Shown here in pieces: positions 21,758 through 31,627 of a stretch of 64,000 nucleotides of DNA. Under the pieces are notes generated by a model, which was not told the origin of the DNA, made no database searches, and worked only from the letters and a program-made list of their open reading frames with translations. Source of the stretch: an uncultured Ruficoccus sp. Lineage in GTDB: Bacteria; Verrucomicrobiota; Verrucomicrobiia; Opitutales; Cerasicoccaceae. The stretch's first letter is position 1. The number at the start of each line of letters is the position of its first letter. A program made the position numbers and the translations under genes. The DNA lies in NCBI GenBank assembly GCA_965140785.1, contig OZ223510.1, positions 241,857-305,856 on the forward strand. Direction: 5' to 3'.

Positions 21758-23305
21758 TTACTCGGAGTCCGCCGGAGGCTCTCCCTGCCGGTAGAAAAGC
21801 TCGCCCAGGCTGCGCAGGTACGTGGCACTCTCACGCCAGAGCGTGTCGAGCTGCTCGGGATGATAGCGCCACTGCCAGTTGCCCGCGGCCTCGCCAGGTC
21901 TATTCATACGGGCCTCGGAACCGAGATTCATCAGGTCCTGCATGGGGATGATGGCCAGGCGTGAGACCGAGCGATAGGCGGCGCGGATGCAGTCCCACTG
22001 CGGTACCGATCCGTCCACGCTGAAATAACGACGGAAATGATCCGCAGTTTTGCCGTCAGCTGAGCGGTACCAGCCCAGTGTGGTGTCGTTGTCATGCACC
22101 CCGGGATAGACGACACTGTTAGGAATCAGGTTGTGCGGGAGGTAGAGATTGTCGCTGCCGGAGCCGAAGGCAAATTGCAGGATCGCCATGCCCGGCAGGC
22201 CGGTGGCCCGGTGCATCGCGCGTACCTCGGGTGTGATTTCGCCTAAATCCTCGGCGATGAGCTTCGCGCCGGGCATTTCTTTCTGCACGGCCTTGAAAAA
22301 GTCGAGCCCCGGCCCGGGCTTCCATTTTCCACCGCGGGCGTCCTTGGCACCGGCCGGGACGGACCAGTACGACTCGAACCCCCGGAAGTGGTCCAATCGG
22401 ATGATGTCGTAGAGCTTGAAATTCGCTTCCAGCCGTTTCAGCCACCACGCGTAGCCCTCCTCTTTGAGCTTGTCCCAGTTGAAGAGGGGATTGCCCCAAA
22501 GCTGGCCCAACGGGGAGAAATAGTCTGGCGGGACACCGGCCATTGCGGTCGGCTGGGCGTTCTTGTCGAGTTGAAACAGCTCAGGCCGCGCCCAGACATC
22601 GGCGCTGTCGAGCGCGACAAAGATCGGCACGTCGCCGATGATTTCCACGTTTTTGCCCGCCGCATAGGCGCGTACCTCCCGCCACTGATTAAAAAACAGG
22701 TACTGAGTGAACTTGACCGCCTCCATAGGTGCGCTGAGTTCTTTCTGAAGATCGCTTTGGCAAAAATCGGCGTAGGTGCGGTATTTTTTCGGCCACTCGA
22801 ACCACGGCTTGCCACCAAAGTGCGCCTTGCAGGCCATAAAAGCGGCGTAGGGCGTCAGCCAGTCGGATTCCTCTTGGGAAAATTCGACATAAGAACCGTA
22901 GCCGGGCAAACCATTCGGATCACCACCGAAGCGCTCACAGGCCATCCCCAGGATGGGCCAGAACCGCTGGTAAAGCTCGCCGTAGTCCACATGATCCTGC
23001 GGCAAGTGGCGTAGCGGCTTCAATTCCTCGTCCTTGAGCAGGCCCAAGCCGACCAGCGCATGCAAATCGATCAGATACGGATTCCCGGCAAAAGCCGAAA
23101 AGCACTGGTAGGGCGAGTCGCCATACCCAGTCGGCCCCATTGGGCACAGTTGCCAGTGCCGCATGCCCGCCGCCTCCAGAAAATCAATCAGCCGCCGGGC
23201 CTCGCGTCCCAGCTTACCGATCCCCAGTTCACCGGGCAGGGAGGTTGGGTGCAGAAGCACACCCGCGTGACGGTATTCGAGCCAGGGAAAGAGTGGTGAC
23301 GCCAT
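21758..23305 (-). CDS. malQ: 4-alpha-glucanotransferase (amylomaltase, GH77)
   Basis: LHPTSLPG, GDSPYQ, GVPPDYFS, RLDHFRGF, AEDLG and HDNDT motifs. Confidence 0.95.
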   Translation of the reverse strand: MASPLFPWLEYRHAGVLLHPTSLPGELGIGKLGREARRLIDFLEAAGMRHWQLCPMGPTGYGDSPYQCFSAFAGNPYLIDLHALVGLGLLKDEELKPLRHLPQDHVDYGELYQRFWPILGMACERFGGDPNGLPGYGSYVEFSQEESDWLTPYAAFMACKAHFGGKPWFEWPKKYRTYADFCQSDLQKELSAPMEAVKFTQYLFFNQWREVRAYAAGKNVEIIGDVPIFVALDSADVWARPELFQLDKNAQPTAMAGVPPDYFSPLGQLWGNPLFNWDKLKEEGYAWWLKRLEANFKLYDIIRLDHFRGFESYWSVPAGAKDARGGKWKPGPGLDFFKAVQKEMPGAKLIAEDLGEITPEVRAMHRATGLPGMAILQFAFGSGSDNLYLPHNLIPNSVVYPGVHDNDTTLGWYRSADGKTADHFRRYFSVDGSVPQWDCIRAAYRSVSRLAIIPMQDLMNLGSEARMNRPGEAAGNWQWRYHPEQLDTLWRESATYLRSLGELFYRQGEPPADSE

Positions 23306-23407
23306 AGAATATGCCTAAAGTACCCAGACAGCCATCGGGCCGTCAAAACGAAAGGAGCAGGGACGCTGCCAGTCAGTGAATAAATCCGAAAATGGCCGTC
23401 GCAATAA

Positions 23408-23435
23408 ATTAGACATAATGTTTATTGTGCGAAAT
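23408..23435 (-). other. dif-like XerC/XerD recombination site; left boundary of the prophage
   Basis: Minus strand reads ATTTCGCACAA-TAAACA-TTATGTCTAAT, an 11-6-11 match to dif (E. coli GGTGCGCATAA-TGTATA-TTATGTTAAAT). Confidence 0.8.
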
Positions 23436-23480
23436 TCGCTAGGTGGAGAAAAAACCGCAAGCTATCTAAGCTGTTGCGGT

Positions 23481-23645
23481 TCAACCTTTAGCACCGTGCT
23501 GTTCAAGCAGTCTGGAAATGTGGAAGCGGACCCAATTGGATTCGGTCCGGCCTTCCTTGGCAGCGACTTCCTTTAAGCGAGCTTTCATTTCCTTGGTTAC
23601 GACAGCTTGAATGACGGCGGAGTCCTTACCTCGTTCGCCCTTCAT
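23481..23645 (-). CDS. Ribbon-helix-helix (CopG/Arc-like) repressor
   Basis: 54 aa; VIQAVVTKEMKARLKEVAAKEGRTESNWVRFHI beta-alpha-alpha pattern; start set at MKGER. Confidence 0.7.
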   Translation of the reverse strand: MKGERGKDSAVIQAVVTKEMKARLKEVAAKEGRTESNWVRFHISRLLEQHGAKG

Positions 23646-23696
23646 TGATTCAGAACTCCTTATATAGTTCGTCGGGTTTGTCAATTGTATTGCAGC

Positions 23697-23746
23697 GGGA
23701 GTAATACTCTAACATATATGTCGATGTAATCGGGAGTATGACTCCC
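23697..23746. promoter_or_regulatory. Two palindromic operator-like sites GGGAGT-N3-ACTC(C/T)
   Basis: GGGAGTAATACTCT (23697-23710) and GGGAGTATGACTCCC (23732-23746) upstream of the RHH gene. Confidence 0.55.
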
Positions 23747-23791
23747 AAATACCTCCCCCACGTAGATTGATATGCAACAGGCAGAGCAAAC

Positions 23792-24292
23792 TTACAGCTT
23801 CGGCGGAATCAGGGGCAGTTTAGCCCTAATTTCCTCCGGCGTCATCCTGCCAGCGTCACCCACTATATGGACAAGCGGTATCCCGGCTGCACTGAATACG
23901 GCATCAACGAATTCGTCACGTTGTTTCCGGTCTTCTCTCTGGTGCGATGCGTCATCCAGTTCGACCGCAAAGGCAATTTCGCTCGGCCCCCGGGTGATGA
24001 CGAAATCGACGTGTTTCCTGTCAGTTCGAGCACGCATGGAACCATACGCTCTACGGTCTTGCGTACCCTTTATGCGGATCACGTCCGCCACTCGCACCTT
24101 GCTGTGTATGTGCATGTCTTCGGGCAGGCAGCGTTTGAGCAGGTGGAAAAGCACGCATTCGTGCCTCGTCAGAAGCCATTTCCGCGCCTCGGCCAGTGTC
24201 GTGTCTGCCGCGTTGCCTTCTGGTTTTCGCAAGGCTTTGAGCATGGTCGCAATGACCAATAATACCGCAAATCCAATAATGATATAGGTCAT
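23792..24292 (-). CDS. DUF2726-domain protein with N-terminal membrane anchor
   Basis: LLTRHE, KVRVADVI, KHVDFVI, AVELDDASH, RDEFVD and AGIP motifs. Confidence 0.85.
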   Translation of the reverse strand: MTYIIIGFAVLLVIATMLKALRKPEGNAADTTLAEARKWLLTRHECVLFHLLKRCLPEDMHIHSKVRVADVIRIKGTQDRRAYGSMRARTDRKHVDFVITRGPSEIAFAVELDDASHQREDRKQRDEFVDAVFSAAGIPLVHIVGDAGRMTPEEIRAKLPLIPPKL

Positions 24293-24359
24293 GTGCTCAG
24301 ACTATCCGGTATTTACCAAGCAGTAAAATCCAAAACCACTCAAACCGAAGGAACCGAAA

Positions 24360-24646
24360 TGACATCAGAAGAAACGATCCGCCTTACTGAGGCTGCACAA
24401 TCAATCGGGCTGACAAAATTCCCCGATTTGCAAATGGAAGTCTGCGACTGGGAAACTCGCGTTTCCTACAGTGAACGCAACGGCGTTGAATACGACCACC
24501 GCGGGCAAATTTGCGTTATGCTGTTTGAGCGTCTTGATGAGGCTAAAGCCCGTCGTCTTTACTTCTCGAATCGGTATCCAGATTGGCGGGTATATCGTCG
24601 TGGCAATCGGGTTGTTATCACCCTCAAGGAAAAGGCCGTGGCATGA
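24360..24646 (+). CDS. Hypothetical phage protein
   Basis: ATG after GAAGGA; stop overlaps the next ATG (ATGA). Confidence 0.6.
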
Positions 24647-25044
24647 GTACCCCAAGCGCCCTATCCGCTCTGCGGTCTGCCCGTGCTCAAGTGGATCTGA
24701 TCCACTGCGGATTACATCATTCTTTCGGTTGCATGGGCGAAGTTGCCCTGGACGCTATGCGGGATGAATTGCTCTCTTACTTAGAGGCTGAAATTTTGCT
24801 CCTCCCCGTGGAGGCGCAAGCGTCGGAACCTTCGGCGGGGGGGCGGGCAATGAGTGGTATCGAGCCCGCTCCCACACGAGGTTTACCGCGCATGTTCATG
24901 CGTTCGGAACCCCGCGACAAGACCGTCTGCTTTGTCCTGACGGAACGCGAACGCAAGCGGCTTAGATCTATGGCTAAATCCCAGGGCATCACGGTTTCCG
25001 CGCTGTGTGCCGAATGGATCACAGAAAGGCTTTCTGATGCGTGA
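24643..25044 (+). CDS. Hypothetical phage protein with C-terminal RHH-like domain
   Basis: KTVCFVLTERERKRLRSMAKSQGITVSALCAEWI; may instead start at 24850. Confidence 0.55.
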   Translation: MSTPSALSALRSARAQVDLIHCGLHHSFGCMGEVALDAMRDELLSYLEAEILLLPVEAQASEPSAGGRAMSGIEPAPTRGLPRMFMRSEPRDKTVCFVLTERERKRLRSMAKSQGITVSALCAEWITERLSDA

Positions 25045-25136
25045 CAATCGTCACCATCAAGGCGGGAGCGGGAGGTTGGCGAGCACGCCGTCAGCCTCCC
25101 GTATTCGTTTTTCACTACACACACCCACGTTGCCCC

Positions 25137-25274
25137 ATGCTTCCGTATGACGCTCAAGAATTCTTTGTAGGCGTAGGCGCTTGGCTCGCTTTTTTCGGGG
25201 CTGCGTGGTGGTCGCAAGTCGCGATCCGTTTTTTCAAACGGATGTTCGATGCAGCATCGGACATTCCTTCGTAA
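25137..25274 (+). CDS. Small TM minor virion protein (pVII/pIX-like)
   Basis: 45 aa with one hydrophobic helix, immediately upstream of the major coat gene. Confidence 0.6.
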   Translation: MLPYDAQEFFVGVGAWLAFFGAAWWSQVAIRFFKRMFDAASDIPS

Positions 25275-25302
25275 CCCAACCCAAACCGAAAGGTATCGTA
25301 TC

Positions 25303-25536
25303 ATGAACAACTGGAAAAACAAGCTCCTCGCTGGCGGTGTCGTTCTCGCCTCCGGCGTTAGCGCTCACGCTCAGACCACCGGCGTCGATTACTCGGCCTT
25401 GCAGAGTGCAGTCACCGGGGAAATCCCTGGCGTTCTGACTGCCGGTCTGGCCATCGGTGCCGCCGCCGTCGGCCTGCTCGCCGCTCCCAAGGGCGTACGC
25501 TTCATCAAGAAGATGTGGTCCGCCATCGCTGGCTAA
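25303..25536 (+). CDS. Major coat protein (pVIII-like)
   Basis: 77 aa: signal peptide ending AHA, amphipathic segment, TM helix, basic C-terminus KGVRFIKK; GAAAGG RBS. Confidence 0.85.
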   Translation: MNNWKNKLLAGGVVLASGVSAHAQTTGVDYSALQSAVTGEIPGVLTAGLAIGAAAVGLLAAPKGVRFIKKMWSAIAG

Positions 25537-25539
25537 ACC

Positions 25540-25581
25540 GGGGAGGGGGGCGAATCCCGCCTGCCCCCTACCCTTTTTTTT
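25540..25581 (+). terminator. Intrinsic terminator after the major coat gene
   Basis: G-rich/C-rich stem followed by T8, the usual position in inoviruses. Confidence 0.7.
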
Positions 25582-25584
25582 GCC

Positions 25585-25722
25585 ATGACTGACACGCAAT
25601 TACTGCAAGAAATTCTGACTCAGGCTGAGTTTGCGAACGCTCAGCTTCGGGTGATGTTTCAGGCCGAAATTGCAGCGGTCATCATCCTTATTTGGTCAAT
25701 CTTTTGGGCTCAACTTCGATGA
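25585..25722 (+). CDS. Small TM protein (45 aa), not in the ORF track
   Basis: MTDTQLLQEILTQAEFANAQLRVMFQAEIAAVIILIWSIFWAQLR; ATGA overlap with the next gene. Confidence 0.6.
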   Translation: MTDTQLLQEILTQAEFANAQLRVMFQAEIAAVIILIWSIFWAQLR

Positions 25723-26906
25723 ACAGGCATCTGTATATACTGTTCATGCTTTACGCGGCTTATGTTCAAGCCGCTGAGCCGGTAGCTTCATGGTCTGGTG
25801 TGGTCACTTCAACCACCAGTTATGGAACATACACCATGAATTGCAGCTTTGATCTTTTCGGTACAGAGGGCGCTTATTACATCGAACCGAATAGCTTCGA
25901 TGCAGTAAGAGACGACGGTTATGTCGTTCCCGGTGCCCAATTATTCTATGAGCAGATTGAGGGCGGCATTAAGTTTTACCGTGGGGGTTCTATATCTTAC
26001 TCGGTTCACGAATTATTCGCGTCACAAGACCCCGACCCCGATCCGGACCCTGACCCTGACCCCGGCGAAGAAACGGACGACGGGCTATATATGCATAATG
26101 CGGAGTCGGACGAAATCCATAACGGGACCGATGAGCCTCAGACGTACATTTACAGCATCGTGCATGAGGATGGCACGGTAGAGACCGGGGAAATCACGCT
26201 GCAGCCGGGAGAGTCCGCCACGATCAAGGGCGGTAGCCGATTAGACCCCTATTCCATGAGCGTATGGAAGAAAAACCCGGACGGAACGCTTACCAAGGTT
26301 GGGGACTATGCGTCCTCAAGTGCTGAGCACACCTCCGACACGCAACCGGGCTCAAGCACTCCCAGTGTGACGCATTCGGACGGCTCGACCACATCGGCCC
26401 TTGAACCTAATAGCAGAGGCCGCACGGATTCATCAGGGGGCAGTGCGGACACGGCAATTATCGATGATAACTCAGAGGCCCGGCACCAAGAGCAACTAGA
26501 GCAGGACCGCAAAATAGCCGAGGCCGAAAAAGCCGAGTTGCAACGCATTCGAAAAGCCATCGGTAAAGACGGGGACGGCTCCGGCGTATCTGCCGACGAT
26601 GACGAATACCCCGAAGGCCCGGACTGGAGCACGTCCAACATTGAAGCCCTCGATAACGTTGAGGGCATGATTGATAGTGTGATTGGCAAACTGCCCTCCA
26701 TCGAAGCCCTGCCGGTCGTCAGCGGTCGTAACTATACCTATGACATCAACGGCGGCGATTTCATGGATATGACGTTCAACTTTACGATCGATCTGACGCA
26801 GTACATTTCCGCCATCGAGCTAATCAGGACCTTAGAGGAAGCCCTGATCATCATCATGTTTATCATCGCTGCCATTCGCATGGTGCGGGGAGGTTTTGCC
26901 GGATGA
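25719..26906 (+). CDS. Adsorption protein (pIII-like)
   Basis: Signal peptide, (DP)6 linker at 26028-26063, Ser/Gly/Asp-rich linkers, C-terminal TM anchor. Confidence 0.8.
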   Translation: MNRHLYILFMLYAAYVQAAEPVASWSGVVTSTTSYGTYTMNCSFDLFGTEGAYYIEPNSFDAVRDDGYVVPGAQLFYEQIEGGIKFYRGGSISYSVHELFASQDPDPDPDPDPDPGEETDDGLYMHNAESDEIHNGTDEPQTYIYSIVHEDGTVETGEITLQPGESATIKGGSRLDPYSMSVWKKNPDGTLTKVGDYASSSAEHTSDTQPGSSTPSVTHSDGSTTSALEPNSRGRTDSSGGSADTAIIDDNSEARHQEQLEQDRKIAEAEKAELQRIRKAIGKDGDGSGVSADDDEYPEGPDWSTSNIEALDNVEGMIDSVIGKLPSIEALPVVSGRNYTYDINGGDFMDMTFNFTIDLTQYISAIELIRTLEEALIIIMFIIAAIRMVRGGFAG

Positions 26907-27259
26907 GCATTTTGGGCAAGATGGAAGATAGCATCGGCTGGATGCAGAAGCTTTCCAAGCCGCTCAAGCTGCTGTTTGCCCCTGTCATCGGTTTTCTGAC
27001 CGTGGCCTATGCCGTGGTAGCCTATGGGATGACGATGCTTTCACGCCTGCTTCTTTGGATCGATAGCCGGGTGGCCGATCTGGACCTTTCCGTGGGAGGG
27101 CATCACCTCGATTCGGTCGCAACGGATTTTTGGGTAACGATCAATACCTTTATCCCGGTGGACCTCGTCTTTGCCCTCGGAACAACACTGCTTGCTCTCC
27201 GGGGCGTCATGGCCGTGGTCCGCATTGTCAAGTCGTGGATTCCAACCATGTCCGGCTAG
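26903..27259 (+). CDS. Minor coat protein (pVI-like)
   Basis: 118 aa hydrophobic protein between pIII-like and pI-like genes, ending VRIVKSWIP. Confidence 0.75.
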   Translation: MSILGKMEDSIGWMQKLSKPLKLLFAPVIGFLTVAYAVVAYGMTMLSRLLLWIDSRVADLDLSVGGHHLDSVATDFWVTINTFIPVDLVFALGTTLLALRGVMAVVRIVKSWIPTMSG

Positions 27260-27261
27260 TT

Positions 27262-28449
27262 ATGAAAGACGCCATCTTCAGAGTCTTTGCCGGTACGCTC
27301 GGCAGCTACAAGTCTTATCACGGTGTTGTCGAAGCTCTCGAAACCTTGGAGCGCGGCGGTATCGTCATGACGAATATCGAGCTTCGTTGGGACCGCATAA
27401 AATACTGGTTCGAAGACGAAAAGGATTTGCTCCTGGACGATAAGCAATACGTCCACATCGACCCGGAGCAGGCTTCATCGTTCGTGAATCTGTTGGTGAA
27501 GGGCGAACGCGATAAGCCGAACAAGCTCATTATCGATGAAGCGGGCCTTCATCACAACACGATGGACAAGCGACAGATGGACCGCGTCGTGTTGGAAATG
27601 ATCGTCCACGCCCGTAAGCTTTTCATCGATACGGTTTTCATCGCTCACCACTTTACCGAGATCCTCGCGCAGATCCGCAACAAGGCTCAAAGCGTCATCT
27701 GGTTTCGGGATCTGCAAAAGATTAAATGGCTGGGGATCTCTGTGCCGGTTCCGGCCTACATCTTTTCGGAAGTCGATGCCCGCAACCCGAAGCTGAAGTA
27801 TGATTCGGCGTTCCGCTGGAAAAAGAAATTCGTCTATAAGCTCTATGTCTCCCATGACATTCAGTCGAAGGCGCTTGAGGTCATCCAGACCAAGCCTTTG
27901 ATCGAGGTTAAGCGCGTCCAGCATGCTGTAACGAAGTCGGATATCCTCCGCCGCTCGGCCAAGCGCTGGGTGCGCCGTCTGGTCTTTGGCGGGGCCATGG
28001 TCTGGGCCGGGATGCTCTTTGCCGGCCAAGCCGCGCCCGAGCCGGCCAGCGTGCCGGCGACTGATTCCAGCCAGGTTAAAACGCCTGAGCCGGTCGCCGC
28101 GGCAAAACCTGCGCAGACCGTCGAAGATCCCGCGCCCGCGCCTAAACCGGATCGCTCGATCAAGTCCGTGTCGTTCATGGGCCGCGCTCGGATGCTGGAG
28201 CCGACACGCGGGGATCAGGTCGGTTACTGCACCTTTGATTTCGTCAGCCTGCGCCTGGGCGACGGTCGCGTCATCCGTGAGACGCATCCCGACTTTGGCG
28301 GCTTTCGTCGCTCGGACAATACCGCGCTTATCGCGGGCGAGGTGTACACCTACAAGCAAGAAGATTTCCCGGCTGATCAGCTGGGCCAAACCAACCACAA
28401 AAACACAATCCAACTACTCAAAGATAATGAAACAATTAGTAATCCGTGA
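27262..28449 (+). CDS. Zot/pI morphogenesis ATPase
   Basis: GTLGSYKS Walker A, LIIDEA Walker B, HARKLFID, then a TM helix and periplasmic C-terminus. Confidence 0.88.
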   Translation: MKDAIFRVFAGTLGSYKSYHGVVEALETLERGGIVMTNIELRWDRIKYWFEDEKDLLLDDKQYVHIDPEQASSFVNLLVKGERDKPNKLIIDEAGLHHNTMDKRQMDRVVLEMIVHARKLFIDTVFIAHHFTEILAQIRNKAQSVIWFRDLQKIKWLGISVPVPAYIFSEVDARNPKLKYDSAFRWKKKFVYKLYVSHDIQSKALEVIQTKPLIEVKRVQHAVTKSDILRRSAKRWVRRLVFGGAMVWAGMLFAGQAAPEPASVPATDSSQVKTPEPVAAAKPAQTVEDPAPAPKPDRSIKSVSFMGRARMLEPTRGDQVGYCTFDFVSLRLGDGRVIRETHPDFGGFRRSDNTALIAGEVYTYKQEDFPADQLGQTNHKNTIQLLKDNETISNP

Positions 28450-28759
28450 CGAAAATATCGAGGTCCAGCATACTGAAGAATCCGTTAAGGATGGTAAGCG
28501 TTATCCGTCCTCGATCATGATCACCATCGCCGCCAGCGGCTTTGATTCGCAGATGTCGTTCTTCTTGGATATGTCGCCGGAAGCTCTCAAGCTGCTTAAT
28601 ATTGAGGAAGTCGGCACCAGGAAGCGCCACAAGGTAAAGGAAGCTATATTCGTCATCGCTCCGGGCTTCGGCAAAAGCAACTTCTCGAAGATCCGCGCCG
28701 AGCACCTTCAGAAGTTCGACGCCAAGCCCTACGTTGAAAATCCACTGGCTGCTGCGTAA
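28427..28759 (+). CDS. Putative ssDNA-binding protein (pV-like)
   Basis: 110 aa, beta-rich and basic, next to Rep; function inferred from size and position. Confidence 0.5.
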   Translation: MKQLVIRDENIEVQHTEESVKDGKRYPSSIMITIAASGFDSQMSFFLDMSPEALKLLNIEEVGTRKRHKVKEAIFVIAPGFGKSNFSKIRAEHLQKFDAKPYVENPLAAA

Positions 28760-29095
28760 TGCACCTGTACGACGGTAGCGCACTTGGGGAGGTCGGGCCT
28801 ATGGGTCCGGCCTCTCTGTCTTTCGGTGCCGACGTTGCCCCTTCCAATAGAGGCCACCAGCCGCAGGCGGGTCTCCCGTCATCCCGGCTTGACCAAGCTT
28901 TAGCTTGGTCCCCTGGCCAACTGTTTTATCCCCCACTGAAAAAGCTGTATCCAGCTTTTGCTCACCCGTGGCGGTCACGCCACGTCAAACCCCTGAAAAC
29001 GCGCCAGAGGGGCCACAGAACGCCCCATTTGGCCCTTCTCGTATCCCACATCAAAGAAAAAGCCCGCCCTGCGGTAACAGGTCGGGCCTTCACAA

Positions 29096-30040
29096 ATGGA
29101 AAATCTAGGAGAATTTTCGATGCACAGCCCTGTACATTCATCACAGAATGTCAAGTCTCGAACGAAAGAGGGGCGCAACGAATCGCTCGCCAGCGCGGCC
29201 CCGCCGCGCGGCAGCGATTCGGCCGCGCCCCTTCCTTGTCTAGAAACAAACAACTCAACCGAAAGCTACAGGCCGACCGCCCAAAAAGCCTCTAAATTCA
29301 TCGTCAATGAGGCGGCCTTAGAGCTCATTCAATCCGAAGGTATAGAGACAATCCTGTTTACGACGTTGACCTTCCCCCGCCCTGTCACCCTCAAGGAGGC
29401 ACAGAAGGCATGGAATAGTGCTGCTACCCATGCTTTACGCCCTGCCATCCCTAAAGCTCTGCGCATCCTGGAGCCTCACAAGACAAAGCAACCGCATTAC
29501 CACCTCTTGGAGGCCACCGGGAAGGATGTACGCCGGGGGTTCGACTTCGAGGCTTACCAGCGGGCAAGGTCCGTTCATTGGGCCAGCGCTGAGGGGCGCA
29601 AGGCTACCCGCGAGTATGGGGCCAGTGCCAACGATGACTTGCGCGAGTCCTGGGCATTTCACCGGCGTTTGGTGCGGTTCGGCTTTGGCCGGTCGGAGGC
29701 CGTCCCTATCTACAAAGTCGGGGAAGCCGCTGCCGACTATGCCTCTAAGTACGTGGCCAAGGAAGATCGACCCGTCGAATACAAGGGCGCTCGGCTGTTC
29801 TCGGCTATGAACTGGAAGCCGTCCACCCGGAGAGGCTTTGGGTTCGTGGACTCGGGCCGGGCTTGGCGGCTGGCGGTCGCACGGATCGCGGAGGACATGG
29901 GCTTTACCTCTGAGGCCGACTTTCGCCGGGAGTTCGGCCCCAACTGGGCTTGGGGCCTGCGCGGAACCATCTTCAGCATTGCCGAAGAAATCAAAGCCCA
30001 ATATCGCAAACGGCCCTTAGATGATGCAAAAGGAGTTTGA
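29096..30040 (+). CDS. Rolling-circle replication initiator (HUH endonuclease)
   Basis: Motif I FTTLTF, motif II PHYHLL, motif III YASKYVAK. Confidence 0.85.
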   Translation: MENLGEFSMHSPVHSSQNVKSRTKEGRNESLASAAPPRGSDSAAPLPCLETNNSTESYRPTAQKASKFIVNEAALELIQSEGIETILFTTLTFPRPVTLKEAQKAWNSAATHALRPAIPKALRILEPHKTKQPHYHLLEATGKDVRRGFDFEAYQRARSVHWASAEGRKATREYGASANDDLRESWAFHRRLVRFGFGRSEAVPIYKVGEAAADYASKYVAKEDRPVEYKGARLFSAMNWKPSTRRGFGFVDSGRAWRLAVARIAEDMGFTSEADFRREFGPNWAWGLRGTIFSIAEEIKAQYRKRPLDDAKGV

Positions 30041-30293
30041 TTTTGCCCGCGAATACACCCACGGCCTGCGCCCGGTCGTGTGGGGAGTTCGAAAGCGCCT
30101 AAAGGTCGATGAGGTTTACAAGATCGTCCCGGATCACTTGGCCGATCTCCCGGCGATCTACGTTGCCTCCCGTGTCCAGGCACGATCAATGGCCCGGTTT
30201 TACTCGGCCCTACCGGGAAAGGGGTTCGTGCTTGTCTTTAAGGGACGGAAAGTAATTCGAGAACGCAGGCCCAAGGCTATTCCATGGGACTAA
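30021..30293 (+). CDS. Hypothetical phage protein
   Basis: 90 aa ORF overlapping the Rep stop, same GC as the phage core. Confidence 0.55.
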   Translation: MMQKEFDFAREYTHGLRPVVWGVRKRLKVDEVYKIVPDHLADLPAIYVASRVQARSMARFYSALPGKGFVLVFKGRKVIRERRPKAIPWD

Positions 30294-30393
30294 GTATTGC
30301 TTGCTTGCATGTGCACATTCTACGCAATGATGCATAAGTCGTTTTGTTACTGCGTTTCCTTATTTACATGGTGAATAATAGCCTTAGACTGGC

Positions 30394-30906
30394 ATGAATA
30401 ACATGAATCGTGTAGCAAAACATCTAGAAATGCACTCGATAGGATTGAAGGATGCCGTTGATATTGATTTATTTGGGAGGAGTGCATTCAATAGGTTTTA
30501 TTATTCTGCTTACTGGACTGTTCGGGATAGCTTGTCGCCGATACGACCAAGCATCTCTAAGCAGCCACATAAAAACATGCCCATTTATTTAAAAAACTCC
30601 TTCAAGAATTATCTTTTAAAGAAATGTACAGTACTAGAATCTAAAAAAATAATAAAACCATCTGAATCTAAAAGAATTCAGTCGATAATTCGAAGTCAAT
30701 TAATGTCGATATCTAGTTCACTTGAAAACGCCTATTACGTTAGATGTATTGCAGATTATTACCTTGAAGAAAAAGCCATACTTATTGGAAATAAAATCAG
30801 GCTAGGAGGCATGTCCTCTTCAGACGTGTCATCTATTGACACCAAAGTTAAGTCAGCAACTGATACTTTAGTAAAAACATGTCATGAAAATGGACTTTAT
30901 CAATAA
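30394..30906 (+). CDS. HEPN-like protein, putative retron effector
   Basis: SAFNRFYYSAY and RCIADY (RxxADY) motifs of HEPN/UPF0332-type proteins. Confidence 0.7.
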   Translation: MNNMNRVAKHLEMHSIGLKDAVDIDLFGRSAFNRFYYSAYWTVRDSLSPIRPSISKQPHKNMPIYLKNSFKNYLLKKCTVLESKKIIKPSESKRIQSIIRSQLMSISSSLENAYYVRCIADYYLEEKAILIGNKIRLGGMSSSDVSSIDTKVKSATDTLVKTCHENGLYQ

Positions 30907-31621
30907 ACTAGATGATTTCCTTAAGGACTATGCGAATGGGTCATATGATCTAATTGACGTAATAGACTCTCCCGATGGATACATAATTACTATTTCTACG
31001 AAACTAAAAGGGAGATCGGATCGATCAAAAAGACTTGTAGTAACAAGGCTTTTGGACGAATTTAAAGATGCGTCTAAGGTTATAGTAAGGGAATCTGAAG
31101 TTGAATCTAATTTAGAAAAATTACTATTCATACCCATAAAATCTAGCATTGGGGTCGACCCAATTGGGTTAAACTTTGAAATTGAGAAAAATAAAGCCAA
31201 GATTGAATTAACAGTAAAAAATACAGGCTCAGGAAATAATGAAGACATTGAGATTAAAATTAAAGATTTAATCCATGGCGTGCTATCGCCAATAGGAATA
31301 AGCATTTCAAGCCTGTCAGTTATAGTCAAAAGCGGATCTAAAATCCCGAATCCATTGATAATCAAAAGTATTATTGTTTTGGCTCCCGTTGACTTTGAGT
31401 CTCTCTATGACTGCATAAATGAGAGATATGGAAGCGAGTATGAGTTCAACCATAAGGTGCTTAGGCGTATAATAGACGACCTAAGAAAGGAAAAGCTTGT
31501 GGTATGGTCGCCAAATGGATATCTTGCCTCTCCTAGGGCCATAGACGCGTTGTCTGGCAGTAAGAGTCGTAATTCTCTGGACATTCAAAGAGCGTTAAAT
31601 ATGAAATTTCAGCAATGGTAA
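30884..31621 (+). CDS. Retron-associated protein with probable C-terminal winged helix
   Basis: Overlaps the HEPN gene; C-terminal LRRIIDDLRKEKLVVWSPNGYLAS wHTH-like pattern. Confidence 0.6.
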   Translation: MKMDFINKLDDFLKDYANGSYDLIDVIDSPDGYIITISTKLKGRSDRSKRLVVTRLLDEFKDASKVIVRESEVESNLEKLLFIPIKSSIGVDPIGLNFEIEKNKAKIELTVKNTGSGNNEDIEIKIKDLIHGVLSPIGISISSLSVIVKSGSKIPNPLIIKSIIVLAPVDFESLYDCINERYGSEYEFNHKVLRRIIDDLRKEKLVVWSPNGYLASPRAIDALSGSKSRNSLDIQRALNMKFQQW

Positions 31622-31627
31622 ATTTCA

